Of a DNA stretch of 64,000 bases, positions 31,531 to 42,800 are shown in pieces. The DNA comes from Gemmatimonas sp. Its GTDB lineage: Bacteria > Gemmatimonadota > Gemmatimonadetes > Gemmatimonadales > Gemmatimonadaceae. Position 1 is the first letter of the stretch. Every line of letters starts with the position of its first letter. The notes below the pieces were generated by a model. It had not been told where the DNA came from. It saw only the letters and a list, made by a program, of their open reading frames with translations, and ran no database searches. A program made the translations under genes and the position numbers. Location of the stretch: the NCBI GenBank assembly GCA_965279375.1, contig OZ257156.1:4640001-4704000 (forward strand), written 5' to 3'.

Positions 31531-33573
31531 CTAGCGGAGCGCGGGTTCGCGGAGGCGACTGGCGACGACTTCGGAGATGTCGAGCACCGGCACTTCGCTG
31601 CCGGCGCCAGTGACGCCGTCGGTGATCATCGTCATGCAGAACGGGCACGCGACGGCGATCTGGTCGGCACCCGTGGCCAGCAACTCTTCGCTGCGCTCGA
31701 CGTTCACACGCTTGCCCACGTTTTCTTCCATCCACATGCGTCCGCCGCCCGCACCGCAGCACAGGCCGCGGCTCTTGGTGCGCACCGGCTCCACGAGTTC
31801 GACGATGGGCAGCGCCTTGCGCAGCGTGGTGCGCGGCGCGTCGTAGATCTCGTTGTAGCGACCGAGGTAGCACGAGTCATGGTAGGCGATCTTGAGACGC
31901 TGACCATGCTCCGTGTCGAGCGGTACGCGGCCTTCGTTCAGCAGCTGCTCGATGTACTCGGTGTGGTGAATGACCGTGTAGTGTCCGCCGAGGTCGGGGA
32001 ATTCCTTCCCCATCTGGTGGAAGCAGTGCGGGCAGAAGGTGACGATCGTGCTGATCGCGTAGCCGTTGAGCGTTTCGATCACGCCCTTGGCAAGCATCTG
32101 GTAGAGGTACTCGTTGCCCATGCGACGCGCCGGATCTCCGTGGCAGGTCTCTTCCTGGCCGAGGATCGCAAACTTGACGTTGGCCGCCTGCAGAATGCGC
32201 GCGAATGCGACTGTGATCTTCTTGGCGCGATCGTCGAACGAGCCCATGCAGCCGACCCAGAACAGGATGTCGGCCTTCTCGTCGCGCGCGGCCAGCTCGG
32301 CCATCGTGGGAATGTCCATCCCTTCCGACCACTTCTCGCGATCGGCCGGGCTGAACGCCCACGGGCTGCCGTTGCGCTCGAGCGACTGCATCGCCGGCTG
32401 CAACTCGTCCGGGAAACGCGATTCCATCAACACCAGGTCGCGACGGAGCTCGTTGATGATGTCGAGCTGATCGATCGAGACCGGGCATTCCTGCACGCAG
32501 GCGCGGCAGCTGGTGCACGCCCACAATTCATCTTCGGTGATCCAGCCGTCGAGCAGCTTGTGATCGAGAACTGCCACCTGCTCCGTCGTAGGCTCGGCAG
32601 TACCGATCACGTCCAGCATCGACGCCTTTTCCGTGAGACGCGCGCGCGTCTTCACGACGATCATGCGCGGCGACAGCACCTTGCCCGTGAGGTTGGCGGG
32701 ACACGCCGCCGTGCAACGACCGCACTCCGTGCAGGAGTAGCCGTCGAGGAGATTCTTCCACGACAGATGCTCGACATCCGACGCACCGAACTGCTCGGCG
32801 TCTTCCGCCTCGAGATTCATCGGGCGCATCGCGCCGACGGTGCCCGGGCCGCTCGTGTTGGAGAACCACACGTTGATGAGCGACGTGAGCACGTGCAGAT
32901 GCTTGGAGCCCGGCAGATGATTCAGGAAGTACAGAATCAGCACTGCGTGGAACCACCACGACGCGCGCGCGATCGTATGCGCCGTCTCTACCGACACGCC
33001 GTTCAAGAGCGACGCGAGCATCCCAGAGATCACGCGGCCGTCTGTGGAGGCACCAACGCGAATCTCCGCCGCAAACAGCAGCAACAGCGACACCATCAAC
33101 GCGGCGATCATGCTCAGGATGAACACCGCATCGCCGCCGTGCACTGGGTCGCCGCTGAAACGCGCCGGTTTGATCACCAACCGACGATAGAGCAGGAAGC
33201 CGACGGGCAACAGTACGAACACCGCGAACAGCTCCTGCGACACGACGTACGGCAGATACAGGAAGCGAGGCAGGATCCAGTCGTAGCTGAATCCTGTCAC
33301 GAGTCCCTGAATCATGATTTCGAGCGTGCCAAGACCCAGCACGCAGAAGCCCCAGAACACGAGGGCGTGCATCATGCCGCCGATCGGATCGCGCAGAATC
33401 TTCGTCTGCCCAATGCCGATGAGCAGGAAGTTCTTCGTGCGCACGTCCGGGTGGTCCGTGCGCACTTCCGGCTTGCCGATGCGCAGCCAGCGGATCAGTC
33501 GTTGCGCGCTGCGGGCAAAGAACCCGAGCGCGACAACGAGAATGACGGCAAAGATTCCGTTGGACAGCGTCAT
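31531..33573 (-). CDS. FadF-like membrane Fe-S oxidoreductase (TM domain + ferredoxin + CCG domains)
   Basis: CTECGRC..ACP, CTSCRAC...CP, CPHC, HDSCYLGR, CCGAGGG, ACPFC. Confidence 0.88.
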   Translation of the reverse strand: MTLSNGIFAVILVVALGFFARSAQRLIRWLRIGKPEVRTDHPDVRTKNFLLIGIGQTKILRDPIGGMMHALVFWGFCVLGLGTLEIMIQGLVTGFSYDWILPRFLYLPYVVSQELFAVFVLLPVGFLLYRRLVIKPARFSGDPVHGGDAVFILSMIAALMVSLLLLFAAEIRVGASTDGRVISGMLASLLNGVSVETAHTIARASWWFHAVLILYFLNHLPGSKHLHVLTSLINVWFSNTSGPGTVGAMRPMNLEAEDAEQFGASDVEHLSWKNLLDGYSCTECGRCTAACPANLTGKVLSPRMIVVKTRARLTEKASMLDVIGTAEPTTEQVAVLDHKLLDGWITEDELWACTSCRACVQECPVSIDQLDIINELRRDLVLMESRFPDELQPAMQSLERNGSPWAFSPADREKWSEGMDIPTMAELAARDEKADILFWVGCMGSFDDRAKKITVAFARILQAANVKFAILGQEETCHGDPARRMGNEYLYQMLAKGVIETLNGYAISTIVTFCPHCFHQMGKEFPDLGGHYTVIHHTEYIEQLLNEGRVPLDTEHGQRLKIAYHDSCYLGRYNEIYDAPRTTLRKALPIVELVEPVRTKSRGLCCGAGGGRMWMEENVGKRVNVERSEELLATGADQIAVACPFCMTMITDGVTGAGSEVPVLDISEVVASRLREPALR

Positions 33574-33581
33574 GCGGATTG

Positions 33582-34571
33582 CTATCCCTGCGACTTGGCG
33601 GCCTTCACGGCAGCGGTCAGCGCAGGCATCACTTCAAAGACGTCGCCCACAATGCCGTAGTCAGCGATCTTGAAGATCGGTGCATCCTTGTCCTTGTTGA
33701 TCGCGACGATCGTCTTGGACGTGCGCATGCCGGCGAGATGCTGAATCGCGCCAGAGATGCCGACGGCGATGTACAGGTTCGGGCTGACGTTGCGTCCGGT
33801 CTGGCCGATCTGGTCCGAATGCGGGCGCCACCCTTCGTCGGTCACGGCGCGCGTCGCACCAACCGCTGCGTTGCCAAAGGCATCAGCGAGATCGTCGCAC
33901 AGCTTGAAGTTCTCGGGTGCCTTGAGACCACGACCGCCCGCCACGATAACCGGCGCATCGCCGAGATCGAGCTTGCCCGTGCCACCGGTGCGAAGCTCCG
34001 TTACTTTCACGCGCGAGGCGCTCGGATCGGTCGCCGAGGTGATGCTCTCCGTCACGAGCGGGCGGGCATCAGCCGTTGGCTGGAACGCGCTTGGACGCAC
34101 CGAGATAAGCGCCGGTGCGGCACCCAACGCCAGCGTCGCGATCACCTTTCCGTTGTTGATCGGGTGCGTGGCGACGATCGCGCCGCCGTCCACCACAAAG
34201 CCCGTCGCGTCGGCGATGAGTCCCGTGCCCAACTTGGCCGCCACACGCGGCGACAGATCACGTCCCTGCGCCGTCGCGCTGAACAGCGCGTATGCGTACG
34301 TGCCGCTCCCCAAGCGCTGCGCCAGCGTGGCCGCGAGCGCTTCCGGGTTGTACTGCGTGAAGCCCGCATGCTCGAGCACGAGCACACTGTCCGCGCCATG
34401 CTCGGCGAGCGCACCAGCCTTGGCCGAAATGCCTGCAGCGCCCGCGAGCACCGCGTGCACGCTGCCACCACCCGAGAGCTCGGCGAGCTTGCGCGCTGCT
34501 GTCACCGCTTCGAGTGCGACCTTGCGCAGCTCACCGCCGCGCGTTTCTGCAAATACGAGAACGTTGGCCAT
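33582..34571 (-). CDS. etfA: Electron transfer flavoprotein alpha subunit
   Basis: AGGRG, GATRA, QIGQTG, AVGISGAIQHLAG, AINKDKDAPIF. Confidence 0.96.
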   Translation of the reverse strand: MANVLVFAETRGGELRKVALEAVTAARKLAELSGGGSVHAVLAGAAGISAKAGALAEHGADSVLVLEHAGFTQYNPEALAATLAQRLGSGTYAYALFSATAQGRDLSPRVAAKLGTGLIADATGFVVDGGAIVATHPINNGKVIATLALGAAPALISVRPSAFQPTADARPLVTESITSATDPSASRVKVTELRTGGTGKLDLGDAPVIVAGGRGLKAPENFKLCDDLADAFGNAAVGATRAVTDEGWRPHSDQIGQTGRNVSPNLYIAVGISGAIQHLAGMRTSKTIVAINKDKDAPIFKIADYGIVGDVFEVMPALTAAVKAAKSQG

Positions 34572-34573
34572 GG

Positions 34574-35326
34574 TCAGAGCACCTTCGCTTCAGTCTGAAG
34601 AAGACGAACGAGTTCCGGCACCGCCGCCGAACTGTCGCCAAGAATGCGACCAGCCGCACGCTCGGCCGGGAGCTCCATCTTGCGCACGGAGACCTGCTCC
34701 GCGCCCAACTGCGCCGGCTTCACGTCGAGCGGCTTCTTCTTGGCCGCCATGATGCCCTTGAGCGACGGGAGTCGCTCCTTGTTCAAACCGTCATCGATCG
34801 TGAGCAGCGCGGGGAGCGGGAACTCCACGACTTCGATCGCGCCATCGAGCGCACGTTCGGCCGTACCGCGTCCGTTCGCGAGATCGAGCTTGAAGACGTT
34901 GGTGACGCACGGCAGGTCGAGCAGCTCGGCGACCATCGGGCCCGTCATCTGGTTCATCGTGTCGATGGAGATGCGACCAAACAGGACGAGATCGTAACCG
35001 CCCTCCTTGATCTCCGCGGCCAGCGCGCGCGCGACGGCAAAGCCATCGTGCGTGGGCGCGTCGCTCTTGAGCAACACACCGCGGTCGGCGCCCATCGCGA
35101 GCGTCTTGCGGATCTGCTCCTGCGCGGCGTCGCTGCCGAGCGTGATGACCGTGACTTCACCGGCGCCCGCCTTTTCCTTCAGCTGCAGCGCGGCCTCGAC
35201 GGCCCACAGGTCGAAATCGTTCACATCGTACTTCAGTCCCGTTTCGTCAACACGGGTGCCGTCAGCGGTGATGGCGAACTTCACTTCCATCACCGGGACG
35301 CGCTTGATGCACACGGCAATCTTCAC
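34574..35326 (-). CDS. etfB: Electron transfer flavoprotein beta subunit
   Basis: KIAVCIKRVP, AVEAAL, LAMGAD, RLPSLKGIMAAKKK; GTG start at 35326. Confidence 0.95.
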   Translation of the reverse strand: MKIAVCIKRVPVMEVKFAITADGTRVDETGLKYDVNDFDLWAVEAALQLKEKAGAGEVTVITLGSDAAQEQIRKTLAMGADRGVLLKSDAPTHDGFAVARALAAEIKEGGYDLVLFGRISIDTMNQMTGPMVAELLDLPCVTNVFKLDLANGRGTAERALDGAIEVVEFPLPALLTIDDGLNKERLPSLKGIMAAKKKPLDVKPAQLGAEQVSVRKMELPAERAAGRILGDSSAAVPELVRLLQTEAKVL

Positions 35327-35483
35327 CGCGGTCGCTCCGTCAGAAGGGCCAAGAGGTAGGGTAACGACGGAAGCTAGACCGGCGCGGTGGCGTGGGCAAT
35401 GTGACGCCACCGTCGGGTTTGGGCATTGCTTTTCCGGGTGGGCACGCGAGCCGCCGTCCCCACCCGGGCGATACGCTCCGCCC

Positions 35484-36722
35484 CTACTTGAACGCGCTCA
35501 GTCCCGTGATCGCCTGGCCGAGGATCAGCGAGTGCACGTCGTGCGTGCCTTCGTAGGTGTAGACGCTCTCCAGATTGGCCATGTGACGCAGGGCGCCGTA
35601 CTCCGCGAGGATTCCGTTGCCGCCCAGGAGTCGGCGCGTTTCGCGCGCGATGTCGGTGGCGATGTCCACGTTGTTGCGCTTGGCCAGCGACACCTGCACC
35701 GGCGTGAAGTTGCCGGCGTCCTTGAGGCGACCCAAGTGCAGCGCGAGCAGCTGCCCCTTCACGATTTCCGTGAGCATGTCGGCGAGACGCACCTGCTGGA
35801 TCTGGAAGCCGCCGATCGGGCGATCAAACATCACGCGCGACTTGCTGTAGGAAACCGCCTCCTCGAAGCAGGCGAGCGCCGCACCGATCACGCCCCACGA
35901 GATGCCGTAGCGCGCTTGCGTGAGGCACATGAGCGGGCTCTTGAGCCCCTTGGATTCGGGGAGCAGCGCGTCGGCCGGCAGATGCACGTCGGCGAAAACG
36001 AGTTCCGACGTGTCGCTCGCACGCAACGACAGCTTGCCCTTCTGATCGCGCGCGGTGAAGCCGGGCGACTTGGTATCGACGATGAAGCCGCGAATGGAGG
36101 AGTCTTCTTCGCTGTCACCCGTCTTGGCCCACACGATGGCGATGTGCGCCATCGAGCCATTGGTGATCCACATCTTCGCGCCGTTGAGAATCCACGTGCC
36201 GTCGGCCTGCTGCCGTGCGCGTGTGATCATCCCCGACGGATTGGACCCGTAGTCAGGCTCGGTCAGTCCGAAACAGCCGATGAGTTCGGCCTTGGCGAGC
36301 TTGGGCAGATAGTGGCGCTTCTGCGCTTCGGAGCCAAACGCGAAGATCGGATACATGACGAGAGCGCCCTGCACCGAGGCGAACGAGCGAATGCCCGAGT
36401 CGCCGCGCTCGAGTTCCTGCATGATGAGTCCATACGCGACGCTCGAGAGCCCAGCGCAGCCGTACTCTTCGGGGAGCGAAGCGCCGAGGACGCCGAGCTC
36501 GGCGAGTTCGGGGATCAGCTCGGTGGGAAAGCGCCCGTCGACATAGCACTTGCCAATGATTGGCAGGATTTTCTCATCGACGAATGCGCGAATCGTCGCG
36601 CGAATCGCGCGCTCTTCTTCGGTGAGCGCCGCGTCGATGTTGAACAGGTCGGCAGGGTTTGCCGTGAGTTCGACAGACGGGAGCGCGGGGATCGCGGCAG
36701 CGGTCAGCAGATCAGTCGCCAT
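35484..36722 (-). CDS. Acyl-CoA dehydrogenase, glutaryl-CoA dehydrogenase-like
   Basis: YGLIMQELERGDSG.RS..SVQ, GCFGLTEPDYGSNP, KMWITNG, LGGNG, TYEGTHDVH. Confidence 0.9.
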   Translation of the reverse strand: MATDLLTAAAIPALPSVELTANPADLFNIDAALTEEERAIRATIRAFVDEKILPIIGKCYVDGRFPTELIPELAELGVLGASLPEEYGCAGLSSVAYGLIMQELERGDSGIRSFASVQGALVMYPIFAFGSEAQKRHYLPKLAKAELIGCFGLTEPDYGSNPSGMITRARQQADGTWILNGAKMWITNGSMAHIAIVWAKTGDSEEDSSIRGFIVDTKSPGFTARDQKGKLSLRASDTSELVFADVHLPADALLPESKGLKSPLMCLTQARYGISWGVIGAALACFEEAVSYSKSRVMFDRPIGGFQIQQVRLADMLTEIVKGQLLALHLGRLKDAGNFTPVQVSLAKRNNVDIATDIARETRRLLGGNGILAEYGALRHMANLESVYTYEGTHDVHSLILGQAITGLSAFK

Positions 36723-36881
36723 GGGATTCATGCCCTGCAGGTGGGAGTGCAAATCGAGACGTCGGAAATGTAGCAAGCCGTCCACCAATGTGTTGCACGC
36801 ACGCTTCACGGATTGACAGGGCTCTTTCGAGGCATGGAATTCCTCCCACGAATATTCTTGGCTCCCCATCCGAGGCGTACG

Positions 36882-39704
36882 ATGCGACGTTTTTTCACGG
36901 CGATGGCCGTTCCGATTTTTCTTGCCGCATGCAGCAGTGGCGGTGATTCCGGTGGAGTGACACCGCCCCCTCCTGCGACGCCGAGTATCGGCGTGTCACT
37001 CGCGGCGTCCTCGTCGTCGGTGAATGCAGGAAGTGCCGCGACCACCACCGTGACGCTCACGCGTACCAACTTCACTGGGGCCGTCAACCTGACGGCGACC
37101 GGGATGCCGACCGGTGTGACGGCATCGTTCACGCCGGCGCAGTTGAGTGGCGCGACGACGAGTGCGTCGGTGTCGTTTGATGTTGGCGCGACGGCGGCCG
37201 CCGGCACGTCCACGATCACGGTGCGCGCGAACGGTACCGGTGTGAGTGAGGCCACGGCGACGTATTCGCTCACGATCGCCGCGCAGACCATCACGTTGAC
37301 CGCCGGCAGCGCCACGATTGCCGCAGTGCAGGGTGCGACGGTCACTGTGCCGCTGACGCTTGCGCGCGCGGGTGGATTCGCGGGTGCAGTGAGTCTGACG
37401 GCGTCTGGTGCGCCGACAGGCGTCACGGCCACGCTCACGCCCGCCTCGTTGGCGGCAGGTGTGACGAGCAGCACGCTGTCGTTGGCGGTTGCATCGACGG
37501 CCGCGGCGGGCACGTCCACGATCACGATCAGTGCCGCCGGCACCGGCGTGGCCACGCAGACGGCGACGGTGGCGTTGACGATCACCGCGGCGACCGCGCC
37601 CGATTACTCGCTCACCGCTGCACCCGCCGCATTGTCCGTGGTCGCTGGACAGACGGGGACGAGCGCACTCACGGTAGCGCGCATTGGTGGCTTCGCGGGC
37701 AACGTCACGCTCGCGCTCGAAGGCGCACCGGCTGGTGTCGCGGGTGTCTTTGCGCCGAACCCGGCGACGGCCGGCACTTCGACGCTGACCATCACGACGA
37801 CGTCGGCCACCGCGCCGGGCACGTACAACCTGACGGTACGCGGCACGGCCACTGGTGTCGCCGATCGCACGACGACGATCGCGCTCACCGTCACGCCTAC
37901 GCCAAGCATCACCGTCGCGGTGGGATCTGCAGCGCTCTCCGTGGCGGCGGGCGCCAATGCCACGAATCCGATAACCATCACGCGCGCTGGCGGCTTTGCG
38001 GGTGATGTCTCGCTCACGTTGTCGGGCGCACCGAGCGGCGTCACGGGCGTGTTCACGCCAGCCAACGTTGCGGCGGGCAGCACGACGTCATCCTTGGCAC
38101 TGACAGTGGGTGCCGCGACGGCGCTGGGCAGCTACACGCTGACAGTCAACGCCACCGGTACCGGCGTGGCTGCCAAGACGGCGACGATCGCGCTCACGGT
38201 CACCGCGGCGGCACCGGTGGCCAACTACACGCTCTCGGCCAGCAGCGTGTCGGCGCAGCAGGGCGCGACGGGCACGAGCACGGTGACGATCACGCGCACC
38301 GGCGGATTTGCGGGCGCGGTGAATCTCGCGGTGAGTGGACTGCCGAGTGGCGTGACGGCGACGTTTAACCCGGCGTCGGCGACGGGCAATTCGTCGTCGT
38401 TGTCGCTGGCGGTGGCATCGAGCGTGGCGACCGGTACGTACTCCGGCACGATCACGGGTACGGCGACGGGGCTGGCGAACGTGACGACGCCGGTGAGCCT
38501 GACGGTGACGAGCGGCAACTCGGGCGGCGGTGGCAACATCGCCTTCCGCTTCTGCGGTCAGAGCCCGGTGCCGGTGTTCTTCGCGTATCGCAACGGATCG
38601 ACCGGCAGCTGGACCGCGGTGTCGCCGAGTGCGAACAACACGTTCAGCTTCTCGCTCTCGGCGTCGACGGGTCAGGTGGCGTATGTGACCTCGACGGGTA
38701 CGAACTCGGTGCAGGTGAACGTGCAGAGCTACGCCGCGAGTGAGTTCCCGGGCATTGCCACCAACCAGTGTGGCGGTGCGTTGGGCAACAAGACTGTCAC
38801 CGGTACGGTAGCAGGGCTCGCTGCCGGGCAGTCCGCGACGATCTCGTTGGGCAACGGGTCCACCACCGTTTCGGCGAACGGTTCGTTCACCATCACAAAC
38901 GCGACCGATGGCAACACCGATCTCGTGGCGACGCGCTCGGGTCTCAACTTCACGACCTTCTCGCAGGCGACGGACAAGTTCATCCTCCGGCGCAACATCA
39001 ACCCGGCCGCCGGTGGCTCGATCGGCGCAACGCTCGACTTCGGATCCGCAGAAGCGGTAAATCCTGCAACGACGACGGGAACCGTCACGAATACTGCGGG
39101 TGAAGCTGTGATCGGACAGGTCTCGTTCCAGACGGCGAACGGCGGCTTCGGCGCCTTCTTCAGCCTCGGCGCCGTGCAGACGTCGCCGGTCACGCTGCTC
39201 GGCGTGCCGAGCAACCTGACGCAGTCGGGAGACTTCCACCTTACGTTGATCTCGGCTTCGGGTACGAACACCGTCGGCCCGATCAACTCGCGCACGGTCA
39301 CCCAGTACAACCGCGACCTCGCCGCGCGCTCGCTCACGCTCGGACCGCTCCTCAACGCGCCAACGATCACGACGGTCGGCTCCTCGCCGTATGCCCGTAT
39401 CCGAGTGCAGGGATCGTGGCAGACCGAGTACAGCGACCAAGTGACCATGGGCTTCGGGCAGTCCAACGGACGGACGTGGGCACTCACGGCATCACGCAAT
39501 TTCTTTGGCGGCGGAGCCGCTCAGTACGACCTCGAAATCCCGGACCTCAGCGGCGTTGCCGGCTTCAGCAACGCCTGGGGACTTTCCGTCGGAGCATCGA
39601 CCGTCTCCAGCCTAAGCGCGTACAACGGCTACTCGGGACTGACAACGATTCTCGAGGGATCGATCTTCCGCATCGGCACGCGCACCGTGACGATCACCCC
39701 GTAA
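36882..39704 (+). CDS. Large surface lipoprotein with five ~100-aa Ig-like beta-sandwich repeats
   Basis: MRRFFTAMAVPIFLAAC lipobox, poly-Pro linker, five repeats of about TR.GGFAG.V.L...G.P.GVT..F.P, Thr/Ala/Ser/Gly-rich. Confidence 0.82.
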   Translation: MRRFFTAMAVPIFLAACSSGGDSGGVTPPPPATPSIGVSLAASSSSVNAGSAATTTVTLTRTNFTGAVNLTATGMPTGVTASFTPAQLSGATTSASVSFDVGATAAAGTSTITVRANGTGVSEATATYSLTIAAQTITLTAGSATIAAVQGATVTVPLTLARAGGFAGAVSLTASGAPTGVTATLTPASLAAGVTSSTLSLAVASTAAAGTSTITISAAGTGVATQTATVALTITAATAPDYSLTAAPAALSVVAGQTGTSALTVARIGGFAGNVTLALEGAPAGVAGVFAPNPATAGTSTLTITTTSATAPGTYNLTVRGTATGVADRTTTIALTVTPTPSITVAVGSAALSVAAGANATNPITITRAGGFAGDVSLTLSGAPSGVTGVFTPANVAAGSTTSSLALTVGAATALGSYTLTVNATGTGVAAKTATIALTVTAAAPVANYTLSASSVSAQQGATGTSTVTITRTGGFAGAVNLAVSGLPSGVTATFNPASATGNSSSLSLAVASSVATGTYSGTITGTATGLANVTTPVSLTVTSGNSGGGGNIAFRFCGQSPVPVFFAYRNGSTGSWTAVSPSANNTFSFSLSASTGQVAYVTSTGTNSVQVNVQSYAASEFPGIATNQCGGALGNKTVTGTVAGLAAGQSATISLGNGSTTVSANGSFTITNATDGNTDLVATRSGLNFTTFSQATDKFILRRNINPAAGGSIGATLDFGSAEAVNPATTTGTVTNTAGEAVIGQVSFQTANGGFGAFFSLGAVQTSPVTLLGVPSNLTQSGDFHLTLISASGTNTVGPINSRTVTQYNRDLAARSLTLGPLLNAPTITTVGSSPYARIRVQGSWQTEYSDQVTMGFGQSNGRTWALTASRNFFGGGAAQYDLEIPDLSGVAGFSNAWGLSVGASTVSSLSAYNGYSGLTTILEGSIFRIGTRTVTITP

Positions 39705-39770
39705 CGGCAACACGGCCTCGCCGCCGCCGCGGCGAGGCCCCCACGCCCCGTCCCGCCTTCCCCACAACCC

Positions 39771-39813
39771 AACACGCCTCCGGTCCTTTCCCGACCGGAG
39801 GCGTGTTCGGTTT
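39771..39813 (+). terminator. Strong hairpin, probable terminator
   Basis: AACACGCCTCCGGTC-ctttccc-GACCGGAGGCGTGTT, perfect 15-bp stem; weak U tract. Confidence 0.55.
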
Positions 39814-39856
39814 AACCCGCTCTTGACCGTCTCTTTGCGCCGTCCTAAGGTGGCGA

Positions 39857-42800
39857 ATGAGACTTCTGGTCCAGCACCAAAGCACGTGGGCGTACCCCAC
39901 ACCGGCCGCACTTGGGCCCCATCTGATCCGCCTCGCGCCCGCCAGCCATACGAAGGCTCGGATCGAGACCTTCGGCCTCAACGTCGGCCCCACCGCCGGC
40001 GATATCCGCTGGCAACAGGACCCCTACGGCAACAAGGTCGCGCGCCTCACCTACCCCGCCGGCACTCGCGTGCCCGCGCTTCAGGTGGGCATCGAGTTCA
40101 CCTGCGAGGTCAAGCCGGTCAACCCGTTCGATTTCTTCGTCGATGACCGCTGCAAGGAAGCGCCCTTTGCCTATCCCGCCGAGCTGCAGCCCGACCTCGC
40201 CCCGTTTCTCGACCTGCGCGACGCGTCGTTAACCGGTGGCCCGAAGCTCGACGCGTTTCTAGACGCGCTCCCCCGCGATGGCGACACCGTCCAACTCGTC
40301 GTCGCCCTCAACGAGGCGGTCAATCGCGTCACGCGCTACGTCATTCGCGAAGAGGCGGGCATCTGGACGCCGGAAGAAACGCTCACGAACGGCCGCGGCA
40401 GCTGTCGCGACTCCGCCGTGCTGCTCATCGCCGCGCTCCGCTCCCGCGGACTCGCCGCGCGCTTCGTCAGCGGATACCTGATTCAGCTCACCGACGAAGG
40501 CATGATCCCCGGCGCGCCCAAGGGCGTCTCGCGGGACGTCGTCGATCTGCACGCGTGGGCCGAGGTCTTCATTCCAGGCGGCGGCTGGATCGGTCTCGAT
40601 GCCACAAGCGGACTGCTGTGCGGCGAAGGACACATCCCCCTCGCCTGCACCGCCACGCCGCCGCTCGCCGCGCCGGTCGAAGGCACGAGCGACACGCAGG
40701 CCGAGGGCGTCAGCTTCACAATGCGCATCGAGCGGCTGGGCCACGAGCCGCAGCCCACGCGCCCGTACGAAGAGTCGGTGTGGGAAGCGCTGCTGGCCGC
40801 CGGCGATCGTGCCGACGAGGCACTGCGCGCTGCCGGCCTCACGATGACGATGGGCGGCGAGCCGACGTTCAACGGGCGCGACAACCCGTCGTATCCCGAA
40901 TGGAACGGTGATGCACTGGGCCCCGACAAAACCAAGGTCGGTCGCCGCTTTGCCGCCGGTCTCGTCGAGCGACTCGCGCCCGGCGGCATCATCATGGAGC
41001 GCGTTGGCAAGCAGTATCCCGGCGAGAGTCTGCCGCGCTGGGCGCTCGACATCATCGGCCGACGCGACAGGCGCCCCATCTGGCGTGGCCCCACGCTGGT
41101 CGACCCCACCGGCGCCACCACGGCCGACGCCACGCGCTTCGCTGCCACACTCGCCGGCCGCCTCGGACTCGGCCGCTTCGTCATTGCCGCCTACGAAGAC
41201 CCGTGGCGCGCCCTGCAGGACGAAGCCAACCTCCCCATCGACGTCGATCCGCGTACCGCCAAGCTCACCGACTCGGAAGAGCGCCGACGTCTCGCACGCC
41301 TGCTCGATCGTGGCATCAACACCGAAGTGGGATACGTGCTGCCGCTCACGCGCTTTGAAGGCGCATGGGTGAGTGATCGATGGACGTTCCGTCGCGGCAA
41401 TTGCTTTCTGCTGCCCGGCGACGGACCGATGGGGCTGCGCTTGCCGCTGCAGTCGCTCACGGCCGCATGGGTGGCCGCGCCAACAGAAGCCTCGCTCGAC
41501 GCGCCCGATCCGCGACGCGAGGCCGCACTCAAGGCCGAAGACGAACGACAAGCGCGTTTACGCGCGGCGTTGCAGCGCGTGATTCAAACGCAGCGCGAAG
41601 GTAGCCGACAGACGCAGAGTTCCGTTGGCATCATTGGTGGCACAGTGGTGCAAGGAGCCACGGTGCGCACCGCGCTCTGTGTGGAGGCACGCGATGGTGC
41701 ACTGCGCGTCTTCTTTCCGCCGCTCGAAACGCTCGACGATTTCCTCGCGCTGCTGTCCGCGGTCGATCGCACGTCGCAAGACCTTGGCTTGCCAGTCGCG
41801 CTCGAAGGCTATCCGCCGCCGTCGTCCAACGAGCTGCAGAAGTTCTGCATCACCCCCGACCCCGGAGTGCTGGAGGTCGCACTCACACCCGTCACGAGCG
41901 TGCGTGAACATGCGGCCCTCGTGGACACGGTGTTTGACGTCGCGTTGCATGCGGGGCTACACAGCGAGAAGTATCTGCTCGACGGTCGCATGGCCGGCAG
42001 CGGCGGTGGCAATCACATCACCTTCGGTGGACCGGAGCCGCTCCAAAGCCCCTTCCTGTCGCGCCCTGATCTGCTGGCGAGTCTGCTCACCTTCCTGCAG
42101 CACCATCCGTCGCTGTCGTACATGTTCTCGGGGCTGTTCGTCGGCCCCACGTCCGAAGCGCCGCGCGTGGATGAAGCGCGACACGACGCGCTGTACGAAC
42201 TCGAGATCGCGCTCGACCGCGCGCACGATCGCTCGCAGCCCACGCCCACGTGGCTGACGGACCTCCTGTTCCGTCATCTCCTCGTCGACGTGGCCGGCAA
42301 CACGCACCGCGCCGAGCTCTCGATCGACAAACTCTTCGATCCCAACACGCCGTACGGCCGACAGGGTATCATCGAGATGCGCGCCTTCGAAATGCCGCCG
42401 CACCCGCGAATGATCACGGCGCAGGCGCTGCTGCTGCGCTCACTGCTCGCGAGCTTCGCGCACGAGCCGTATCAGGCGCCGCTGGTGCGCTGGGGACAGA
42501 CGCTGCATGACAAGTTTTTGCTCCCCACGTTTCTCTGGCGCGATTTCGAAGACGTGCTGGGGTTTCTCGACGCGCGCGGCTTCCCGCTTCCTGTCGATGG
42601 CTACAAGCCGTTCGTCGATCTGCGCTGTCCGCTGGTGGGCACACTCGACGCGGGCGACATCGTCCTCGAAGTGCGCAACGCCATCGAGCCTTGGCCGGTG
42701 CTTGGCGAAGAAGCGACACCAACCGGCACGTCGCGCTACGTCGATTCGTCGATGGAGCGCATCGAAGTACGGCTGCGTGGTGCGGTCGCCGAGCGCCACG

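Noticed and set aside
31303..33660. Long opposite-strand or alternate-frame ORFs (e.g. 31303-33660, 61566-63698, 35007-36773, 6243-7778)
   Set aside because: Shadow ORFs of well-supported genes in high-GC DNA, with no recognisable motifs
31531..36722. Acyl-CoA dehydrogenase-etfBA-FadF cluster as novel
   Set aside because: Well-known arrangement for acyl-CoA oxidation electron transfer
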